Under the pieces are notes generated by a model, which was given only the letters and a program-made list of their open reading frames with translations, was not told where the DNA came from and made no database searches. A stretch of 60,920 nt of DNA from Gemmatimonadales bacterium (GTDB taxonomy: Bacteria > Gemmatimonadota > Gemmatimonadetes > Gemmatimonadales > GWC2-71-9), in the NCBI GenBank assembly GCA_013140635.1, contig JABFSM010000063.1:1-60920 (forward strand), read 5' to 3'. Positions within the stretch are counted from its first letter, which is position 1, and each line of letters opens with the position of its first letter. Positions 33,643-40,846 of this stretch are shown piece after piece. The position numbers were made by a program, and so were the translations under genes.

Positions 33643-35091
33643 ATGACGACTCACTCGCCCTCGGCAGTCACGATCCACCAGCCGATCCGCCTCTTGGGAC
33701 GGAAACTGACGGCCGATGTGTTCCCCGATAGAGTCTACTTTGCGTTTGGTTCAGGTCGGCTCACATATGACTGCGTCAGTTGCGGCGCCAAGTGCTGCCA
33801 CGGACATGGATACTTGCTCAACCAGGATGTCGAGTTGGAGCGACAGTTGGCGCGGAGTCCCTCGGTCGCGCTCTTTTTCGAGCGTGGCAAGGAGGGCGAG
33901 GGAGCGAATCAGTATCTGGTGAAGAACTGTCCCTCAGGGTGCTTCTTTCTCACTTCTTCGGGAATGTGCGGCGTTCAGATTGACCATGGATACGACGCGA
34001 AACCAGAAACATGCCGCCTCTTTCCGTTCAACAATCTTCGTTGGCTCGATGGCTACTTGATCGTGAGGCCGCATCCGAACCTGTGCCCACTGGAGATTGT
34101 TGGCGGGAAAGAAGTCAACAAGAGATCGGAGCATCATGAGTTGCTCGAGGCAATGTGTCTCAAGCCGATCCAGAACGGAATCGATCAGTGCGAAACAAGC
34201 TACGAATCGCCAGGCGCGGCTATTGCTGCCGAGCGTAGGATAGTTGCTCTTTCAGAAGAGTTCCTCGCCAAGGGCGACTACTTGAGTTTTACCGTTGCCC
34301 AAACGGCGGCGGTGGGTCAAAGCACGGTGAAGGGCATGGGGGAAAAGACAGGGGAAGACGTGCATCGGTACGCAGCCGATGTGTGTCGGCTCCTCAGGAT
34401 TCCGGGCACTGTATTTGACAATGACCACGTATCACGAACCATGATCGCCATGACGCCCTATCTACGATCTCAGCTGGTGTTCAGCGATTGTGGGGCTGCG
34501 GCTTCGGGAGCGCGGATCGAGATCAGCGTTGAGCGAGTCCCGCTGGCGTTGCTGTCGCTCTACCTTATCGTGAGTACAGCCGCATCAATCGGTCCAACCG
34601 CCCCCCATTTTCAGACAGTTACGAGGCTGTATGATGATTTTCTGCCTCTGCTGATCTTATTCGCTCACCTGCATGACAGCATGGTGTGGCATGCGGAAGC
34701 CCCCGTGCCGTTCCCGGCGTGGGACAGCCCCGACCTGCAACGCCGATACATGCGCATCATTAGGGCTCTTCAGCCAGGTCCAGCAAGGAAGCGCCCGGCC
34801 CGGCTCTATGATATCCTGCACGAACATGCCATGCCGGAAGATGCGGATGGTCTCATTTTCTTGAAGGAACTTGCCAGGGGGCTCTTTGGACATCTCAAGG
34901 TACATGGCAATCACAACAAATGGACTGAACGTGTAGATGTCCGCGTTCGGATTCAATCCGCAATACACCGCTGGGCGTTGGGCCATATTGACGAAGGTGT
35001 CCTGGGTAGTCTGTATGCGCGGACAAGAAACCACCGCGGCAACAGCGCCAAGGCAAGAGATGCCGGGGCAAGCGTGGGCGGAGGGTCTTAG
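33643..35091 (+). CDS. YkgJ-family Cys-cluster (CxxCxxxCC) protein with ~300-aa C-terminal extension
   Basis: TYDCVSCGAKCCHGHGYLL...NCPSGCFFLTSSGMCGVQ...KPETCRLFPF is the UPF0153/YkgJ putative Zn/Fe-chelating pattern. I did not recognise the remainder (~aa 170-482). Confidence 0.7.
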   Translation: MTTHSPSAVTIHQPIRLLGRKLTADVFPDRVYFAFGSGRLTYDCVSCGAKCCHGHGYLLNQDVELERQLARSPSVALFFERGKEGEGANQYLVKNCPSGCFFLTSSGMCGVQIDHGYDAKPETCRLFPFNNLRWLDGYLIVRPHPNLCPLEIVGGKEVNKRSEHHELLEAMCLKPIQNGIDQCETSYESPGAAIAAERRIVALSEEFLAKGDYLSFTVAQTAAVGQSTVKGMGEKTGEDVHRYAADVCRLLRIPGTVFDNDHVSRTMIAMTPYLRSQLVFSDCGAAASGARIEISVERVPLALLSLYLIVSTAASIGPTAPHFQTVTRLYDDFLPLLILFAHLHDSMVWHAEAPVPFPAWDSPDLQRRYMRIIRALQPGPARKRPARLYDILHEHAMPEDADGLIFLKELARGLFGHLKVHGNHNKWTERVDVRVRIQSAIHRWALGHIDEGVLGSLYARTRNHRGNSAKARDAGASVGGGS

Positions 35092-35103
35092 CGGTTCAAG
35101 CTC

Positions 35104-35499
35104 TCAACCCTGTTCTTCGAGTCTTCGTTCGATTTGCTGGCGGCCGCGCTGGTGTGGCAACTGAATCTGTTCACACAAAAGAAAGGCAACGATCATGGCG
35201 GGTAGTGCATCAGTTCGATTTCGGGAGAAAAACTCAGAGAGGCGGGAGCGTGCACCGACCGCCGCCGGATACGAACTGCTCCGCATTGGGATCGAACGGA
35301 ACGATATCCTCGGCAGGATTTCCAGGTAAGCAATGCCCGAATAGGTAACCAATGCCGAGCGCGATGCCGCAATTGTGCAAGGCAAGGCATTCATGAAGAG
35401 CCGAGGAGGAGAAGCCTCGCTCGACTGGTCGCGTATTCCGCGCACCAAGCCGCTGATCAAGAGTGCTTTTGTCGAGGACCTGGGCCGTCTTTGGCTCAA
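35104..35499 (-). other. Uncertain coding region at the right end of the island cargo
   Basis: The 131-aa ORF in the track has no recognisable features. A second minus-strand frame is open from the IS boundary (35518) to about 35240 without a start codon (...LHECLALHNCGIALGIGYLFG...). This fits a 5'-truncated gene remnant. Confidence 0.2.
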
Positions 35500-35592
35500 T
35501 CAGAAGTGGCTCCGCAATTCTGAACAGGTCGGATAGTTGGATTGGCGGGCGTCACGGACGATCTTTCGTCCCTCGATTCTGGAGCCCCTCCG

Positions 35593-35895
35593 ATGTCCCG
35601 TCGTCCCCGTCGTAACCATGCCCCGGCCTTCAAGGCCAAGGTCGCCTTGGCGGCCGTCAAAGGGGAGGCCACGCTCGCCGAGCTCGCCCAACGCTTCGAT
35701 GTGCATCCGCACCAGATTGGCCAGTGGCGCGAGCAATTTCTCGCCGGCGCCGCCACGGTCTTTGCGGAGGGCCGCCCCCTCGACCCGCCCGTTGACGTGA
35801 AAGCGCTCCACGCCAAGATCGGGGAGCTGACCCTGGAGAATGATTTTTTAGATCGCGCGCTCGTCAAGGCCGGGTGGCCGAGCGCCAAGCGATGA
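35593..35895 (+). CDS. IS3-family transposase OrfA (HTH)
   Basis: MSRRPRRNHAPAFKAKVALAAVKGEATLAELAQRFDVHPHQIGQWREQFL...KIGELTLENDFLDRAL. Confidence 0.8.
   Translation: MSRRPRRNHAPAFKAKVALAAVKGEATLAELAQRFDVHPHQIGQWREQFLAGAATVFAEGRPLDPPVDVKALHAKIGELTLENDFLDRALVKAGWPSAKR
35844..35850 (+). promoter_or_regulatory. -1 programmed frameshift heptamer T TTT TTA
   Basis: In the orfA frame the codons read GAT TTT TTA. A -1 slip gives ...FFRSRARQGRVAERQAMIDRTH, which is the orfB frame. Confidence 0.6.
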
Positions 35896-36719
35896 TCGAC
35901 CGGACCCACGCCCTGCCGATTGCCCGGCAAGCGGCGGCCTTAGGCATCAGTCGCGGGAGCGTGTACGACATCCCGCGGCCGGTGGCGGACGCCGATCTCG
36001 CCCTGATGCGCCGCCTCGACGCCCTGCACCTCGAGTTTCCGTACGCCGGCGCGCGGCTCTTGCGCCGCGTGCTGCGGCGCCAGGGCGTCCAGGTGGGACG
36101 GCGGCATGTCGCGACCCTCATGCGGCGGATGGCGATCACGGCGATCGCGCCCCAGCCGGGCACTAGCCGCCGGCACCGGGCCCACCCCGTCTTTCCCTAT
36201 CTGCTGCGCGGGCGGACGATCACGCAGCCCAACCACGTCTGGGCGATGGACATCACGTACATCCCCATGGCACGCGGTTTCGTCTACCTCGCCGCTGTGA
36301 TGGACTGGGCGTCCCGGCGCGTGCTGAGCTGGCGCGTGTCGATCACGCTGGACCCGGCCTTCTGCCTCGACGCCGTCGAGGAAGCGGTCGCGAAGCATGG
36401 CTGCCCCACGATCCTCAACACCGATCAAGGCGCGCAGTTTACCAGCGCGGCCTTCACCGGGCTGCTGCAGGCCCGCGGCATCGCGATCAGCATGGACGGC
36501 CAGGGCTGCTGGCGCGACAACATCTTCGTCGAGCGCCTCTGGCGTTCCATCAAGTACGAGGAGGTCTACCTGCACGCCTACACCTCGGTGTCCGAGGCCA
36601 AGGCCAGCATCGGGCGGTATCTGCTCCAATACAACTCGGCCCGGCCGCACTCGAGTCTCGCCGACCAGACGCCCGATGAAGCGTACTTCACTCCGCGGTC
36701 ACTTCGGGCCGCGGCCTAA
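35874..36719 (+). CDS. IS3-family transposase OrfB (DDE/rve integrase core), expressed as an OrfAB fusion
   Basis: PNHVWAMDITYIPMARGFVYLAAVMDWASRRVLSW..., TILNTDQGAQFTS..., DNIFVERLWRSIKYEEVY...YNSARPHSSL. Confidence 0.85.
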   Translation: MAERQAMIDRTHALPIARQAAALGISRGSVYDIPRPVADADLALMRRLDALHLEFPYAGARLLRRVLRRQGVQVGRRHVATLMRRMAITAIAPQPGTSRRHRAHPVFPYLLRGRTITQPNHVWAMDITYIPMARGFVYLAAVMDWASRRVLSWRVSITLDPAFCLDAVEEAVAKHGCPTILNTDQGAQFTSAAFTGLLQARGIAISMDGQGCWRDNIFVERLWRSIKYEEVYLHAYTSVSEAKASIGRYLLQYNSARPHSSLADQTPDEAYFTPRSLRAAA

Positions 36720-36759
36720 TGCTCGCCGATCCAGTTAACCGACCCGGTTTGGCTGTACA

Positions 36760-36975
36760 GAGAAGCGGGACCACTTCTATCGGTCCACGAACGATTCCAC
36801 CGCCATCTTCGACCTCCACGCCCGCGACGGAAAGCCGGTGGCGACGGTGCGCATTCCCCACCCGGTTTTCACCTACATCCCGCCGGTGCTTCGGGGCAAC
36901 ACGATCTATTTCGTCGCCAGTTCTGAGGGTGAGGTACCCTACGTCGTTCGCGGGAGGCTTACACCGGCGCGTTGA
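36760..36975 (+). pseudogene. 3' fragment (~71 codons) of a 6-bladed beta-propeller paralog
   Basis: The frame is open from the IS end: EKRDHFYRSTNDSTAIFDLHARDGKPVATVRIPHPVFTYIPPVLRGNTIYFVASSEGEVPYVVRGRLTPAR*. It aligns with the last blade of the paralogs (e.g. ...VYDVFDRAGALADRVLMPAGVRLVGFDRNSVYGVRADDDDLLHLQRFRL). Confidence 0.55.
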
Positions 36976-37053
36976 AGCAACCAAAGTCGGGTGCGGGGCA
37001 TCGAATCGGGTATCCTTCGATCAGCGTTCGTCATCGTTTTCCGGGAGCCCCTG

Positions 37054-38262
37054 ATGCACCGCATACTTCTTGTCGCCCTGGCCATTTCGGCTTGTGGCGG
37101 CGGAGGGTCGCGTTCCAACCTTGCCCGCGCCGTTATCGATACCCTTCCCGGCGGCATCCTGCGCGTCACCAGCCCGAGCCCGACCGGTTGGGCCGACAGC
37201 TCGGGCGCCCGCCTCGTCGAAGAACTTCGCTTTCAGGGAGAAGAGGGCTCGCCGGGGGAGCTCGGTGACCCACGCAGCATGGCGGTCGACGAGGCGGGCA
37301 CGATCTACATTGCCGACACCAAGCCCGCGGTCATCAAGGTCTTTGGCCCAGACGGCAAGTTTGTCCGTACCTTCAGCCGGGAGGGCGAAGGGCCCGGCGA
37401 GTTCCGGATCGGCTTTCTTGCCGCGAGGAATGGGCGCCTTGCCCTCCACGATCCGATGGTGGCTCGCACCACGCTTTTCGACTCCGCCGGCACGTACCTG
37501 ACCAGCTGGCGGGCCTCCTGCTGCTATTGGAGCGACATTCAGCTCGACCGGGCGGGCCGTATCTATGTGCCCAGCATGTCGTCGCCGAAGCCGGGCGATC
37601 CGCCGCGGGGGACCCCGTACGTCCGGTGGTCGCAGGAGGGGGTGGCCCTCGACACCGTCTGGACGCCGCCGGGTCCCACCACCAAGAGTTGGACCGTGCG
37701 GGTGGGGGAGGGGAACAATAGGTCGATGATGAGCATGTCGGTGCCGTTCAGTCCCGTCTCCCAATCGACCTTGCATCCGGACGGCGGGTTCGTCTTCGGC
37801 TGGAACGGCGCCTATACGCTGGTCCGGAGCGGCACCGGAGCCGACTCGATGCTGGTCTTCGGCCGGAGCTGGGCCCCCGACCCGATCGGCGACGGGCGCC
37901 GTCAGGCGGAGGTGGAGTCCCGCGTCCGAGCCTCGAAGGACTCATACGGAGAAGCGAACCTGCGCGCGGTCTTCAAGGTGGAGGATATCCCGGCGACCTT
38001 CCCCGCCTTCCAGAGCCTGCACGTCGACGAAAGCGGCCGCGTCTGGGCGCGCCGTTATGCGGTGTCCGATTCGACCCGCACCACCTTCGACCTCTTTGCC
38101 GGGACGGGCGCCTGGCTCGGCACGGTCACCGCGCCGTTCCGAGTGCGGGACTACGGCTTGCAGGTGTACACCAAGAGCGGCTTCGTCGCGATCATCGAGG
38201 ATGAAGAGGGGCGCCCGACGGTGGTCCGCGTGCGGCTCGACATCCGCCCGTCGGACGACTAG
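37054..38262 (+). CDS. 6-bladed beta-propeller lipoprotein paralog
   Basis: MHRILLVALAISACGG lipobox. MAVDEAGTIYIAD, FGPDGKFVRTFSREGEGPGEF and the conserved C-terminal blade are present. Start moved from 36991. Confidence 0.7.
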   Translation: MHRILLVALAISACGGGGSRSNLARAVIDTLPGGILRVTSPSPTGWADSSGARLVEELRFQGEEGSPGELGDPRSMAVDEAGTIYIADTKPAVIKVFGPDGKFVRTFSREGEGPGEFRIGFLAARNGRLALHDPMVARTTLFDSAGTYLTSWRASCCYWSDIQLDRAGRIYVPSMSSPKPGDPPRGTPYVRWSQEGVALDTVWTPPGPTTKSWTVRVGEGNNRSMMSMSVPFSPVSQSTLHPDGGFVFGWNGAYTLVRSGTGADSMLVFGRSWAPDPIGDGRRQAEVESRVRASKDSYGEANLRAVFKVEDIPATFPAFQSLHVDESGRVWARRYAVSDSTRTTFDLFAGTGAWLGTVTAPFRVRDYGLQVYTKSGFVAIIEDEEGRPTVVRVRLDIRPSDD

Positions 38263-39305
38263 GGAAAGAGCGCCGGCAGCGGCGCCCGCCCCACATACTC
38301 GAGGTCATCCTCGTCCCGGCGAACCAGATACATGGCCCCGCGCCCGAATCCGGCCAGGCGGGTGCGCGGCGGACAGGCCACCCTGGCCACGAGCCGGCCC
38401 GACAGGTCAAGTACGTCGTACCGGAAGACGGAATCGGTGGCCGCCATAGTCCGCTGAATCCAGACATAGCCGTTAGGTGACGGCCGAGTCGATGGGCCGG
38501 AGAAGGGCGGCTTCTGGGCGGGGATCGCGAGGTCGCCGGGAAGTCCCGCGCGATCCAAGGCGGTCGTCTTGATCGGCACGTATGGAAGCCTTGGACCGCT
38601 CGTGCGCTTCCCGTCCGGACCGACGACCTCGAGGTGATAGTCGCCGGTGCGCAGGACCAGCACCCGCCCATCGGGGAGCACGGCCCAGTCGTCGTGGGGC
38701 ACGAAGGGAACCAGACGGATCTCGACCGCCTTGAGTACCCCGCCGGCGCTGGTGGTCTGAATATCGCGCCGAGCCACCAAGATCCTAGCCAGGGTATCGA
38801 GCCGCCCGGCGGCCCGGTCTAGGCGGAGGATAGGCACCGAGTCGGCGATCTTGAGTGGCTCGTTTGGGTCAAGCGCCGAGCCCGCAAAGTAGAGCCGCCC
38901 GGCGGCGTCTCCAGCCGCCGGAGTCCGCGCCGCGTCTGGAAGGGACCCCTCGTTCGTCCCGATCCGGAACGTGGCCCCGAGCGCTCCCATCGGCGAAACC
39001 AGCAGGCTCCGGCGCTGGCGCGGGTCGGTTAGGAGAACGGAATCTCGGCCAAAGATCACGAAGCGACCGGGGGCGCGGTATTCCCCTGGACCACCACCCT
39101 GGCGCCCCACCGGTACCGTGGTGCCGCCGGCAAAATCGACCAGCCGAACCGCCGCGTCCTTTGAATCCACCACGAGGAGCCGTCCGTCGGGAAGTTCGTG
39201 GATGGCACCGACCACGGTGAAGGGCTCCGGGTGCTCGACGGTGGGGCGTGGCATCGGGCGTTCGGGAAGCGCTTGGGCCAGCAGGGCCAAGACCACCAAC
39301 GACAT
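38259..39305 (-). CDS. 6-bladed beta-propeller paralog
   Basis: GGAGGA SD 6 nt before ATG 39305 (MSLVVLALLAQAL...). LPDGRLLVVDSKDAAVRLVDF, GRQGGGPGEY, and C-terminal ...MYLVRRDEDDLEYVGRAPL. The longer ORF to 39557 is rejected. Confidence 0.7.
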   Translation of the reverse strand: MSLVVLALLAQALPERPMPRPTVEHPEPFTVVGAIHELPDGRLLVVDSKDAAVRLVDFAGGTTVPVGRQGGGPGEYRAPGRFVIFGRDSVLLTDPRQRRSLLVSPMGALGATFRIGTNEGSLPDAARTPAAGDAAGRLYFAGSALDPNEPLKIADSVPILRLDRAAGRLDTLARILVARRDIQTTSAGGVLKAVEIRLVPFVPHDDWAVLPDGRVLVLRTGDYHLEVVGPDGKRTSGPRLPYVPIKTTALDRAGLPGDLAIPAQKPPFSGPSTRPSPNGYVWIQRTMAATDSVFRYDVLDLSGRLVARVACPPRTRLAGFGRGAMYLVRRDEDDLEYVGRAPLPALFP

Positions 39306-39339
39306 GGCGTCCTCCATTTCGTACCGCAGAAGTCGGCTG

Positions 39340-39357
39340 CTACTATATTTATAGTAG
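39340..39357. promoter_or_regulatory. Second copy of the CTACTA-N6-TAGTAG palindrome (candidate BlaI-family operator)
   Basis: CTACTATATTTATAGTAG. It lies 35 nt upstream of ATG 39305 on the minus strand, in the intergenic region shared with the TolC operon. Contains TATAGT/TATAAA -10-like hexamers on both strands. Confidence 0.45.
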
Positions 39358-39541
39358 ACAATACCCCGCTCCAGCCTGCCGGTCAATCCGATCCGCGGGC
39401 GGGCGAACACCGTCCCAGAGAACGCTGCGTCCCTGCCCGGGGGTCGTGCATCTATAAGCTCGGCTCCCCCAGGGACCATCCTTGGTCCTAGGCTCCCGGC
39501 GGTATCTTCCGGGCTTCGCTCGACCCCGACGTGAGGATTCT

Positions 39542-40846
39542 GTGCGACGATTGACATTCGTCTTGGCCGCCTGCGTCCTGACGGCGGCCCCCAAGAGCGC
39601 TCATGGGCAGCAGCGGAGCGTCACCCTGGCTGAGGCAATCCAGCTCGCCGAGAAGGCGGCACCGAACGTGGTGCAGGCGCTGGGCACCGTGCGCGCCACC
39701 GGCGCCGGCGTTCGAGCCGCCTGGGGGGAGTACCTGCCTCGGCTCTCGACCAATGCCAGCTATGGAAGCAGTTTCTCCGACGGCCCTTCGCGCACCGATC
39801 CGATTACCGGTGAGGTCATTCCCGGCGGGTCCTCGTCGAGCTCGCTGACCGTCGGGGCGAGCGGGTCGATCGACATCTTCACCGGCTTTCGGCGGGGGGC
39901 CTCGATGTCGTCGGCCAAGGCCAACCGGACCGATGCGGAGGCGGCTCTGGCCTTCGAGCGGGCCCAATCGGCGCTGACGACCACCAACCAGTTCCTGCAA
40001 GCGCTGCAGGGGGCCGACCTCGTCCGGGTTCGCCAGGACGCGATCCGCCGGGCTCAGGAAAAGCTCGCGATCGCGAACGCGAGGCTCTCGACCCGTGGGG
40101 TGACGATCGCCGATTCGCTGCAGGCCGTCGTCGACCTGACCGGCACGCGGCTTCAGCTCCTCAACGACGAGCGCGCCCTCACCGAGGCCGAGGCGAATCT
40201 GGCCCGGTATCTCGGCCTCGACGGCCGGGTGGCCGCGGTGACGGACTCTTCGCTCTTCCGCACGGTCACGATCGCCGATGCGAACGAACTCATGGCGGAA
40301 GCGATGGAACGGTCGCCGCAGGTGATCCGCGCCGTGGCGGCGGTGCGGCTGGCCCGGGCCAATCTCGGGCTCACCCGATCGGCCTACTTCCCCGCCATTA
40401 CGCTTTCCGGCAGCACCTCGTACGGCGGCAGCGACCGCAACAGCTACAACCTCTTCAACAACCGCAGCGTCAATCTCGGGGTGCAGTGGCAGCTCTTCAA
40501 CGGCTTCGCGCGGGAGCGGGACATGACGACCCGGCGCGCATCGCTCGAGGCGGCGGAGGCCCGTGAGGCGGACGCGCGGCGGCAGATCGGGGCGTCGCTC
40601 ACCACGTACCTGGCGGCGCTGCGCACGGCGCAGGAGCGCACGACGCTCACGCAGCAGAACCTCGAATCGGCCCGCGCCAGCGCACAGGTGCAGACCGAGC
40701 GGTACCGGCTCGGCTCGATCGGGATCGTCGAGCTGAACGCCGCGCAGGATGCCCTGTCACGGGCGGAGACCGACGCGGTCAGCGCACGGTACGACTACCT
40801 CCGCGCCAAAACTCAGATCGAAGCGACTCTCGGGAGGACGCTGTGA
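39542..40846 (+). CDS. TolC-family outer-membrane efflux protein
   Basis: GAGGA SD, then GTG 39542 (VRRLTFVLAACVL... signal). Two repeats of the OEP pattern (...LTLAEAIQLAEKAAPNV...; ...YDYLRAKTQIEATLG). Confidence 0.85.
   Translation: MRRLTFVLAACVLTAAPKSAHGQQRSVTLAEAIQLAEKAAPNVVQALGTVRATGAGVRAAWGEYLPRLSTNASYGSSFSDGPSRTDPITGEVIPGGSSSSSLTVGASGSIDIFTGFRRGASMSSAKANRTDAEAALAFERAQSALTTTNQFLQALQGADLVRVRQDAIRRAQEKLAIANARLSTRGVTIADSLQAVVDLTGTRLQLLNDERALTEAEANLARYLGLDGRVAAVTDSSLFRTVTIADANELMAEAMERSPQVIRAVAAVRLARANLGLTRSAYFPAITLSGSTSYGGSDRNSYNLFNNRSVNLGVQWQLFNGFARERDMTTRRASLEAAEAREADARRQIGASLTTYLAALRTAQERTTLTQQNLESARASAQVQTERYRLGSIGIVELNAAQDALSRAETDAVSARYDYLRAKTQIEATLGRTL

Larger units (their letters stand above)
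35521..36759 (+). mobile_element. Apparently intact IS3-family insertion sequence (~1.24 kb)
   Basis: Contains orfA, a slippery site and orfB. Terminal repeats: TGAACAG/GTCGGATAGTTGGAT on the left vs TGTACAG(+9 nt)GTCGGTTAACTGGAT on the right (reverse complement), scoring 6/7 and 12/15. The right end is uncertain (36750-36759). No matching target-site duplication. Confidence 0.8.
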
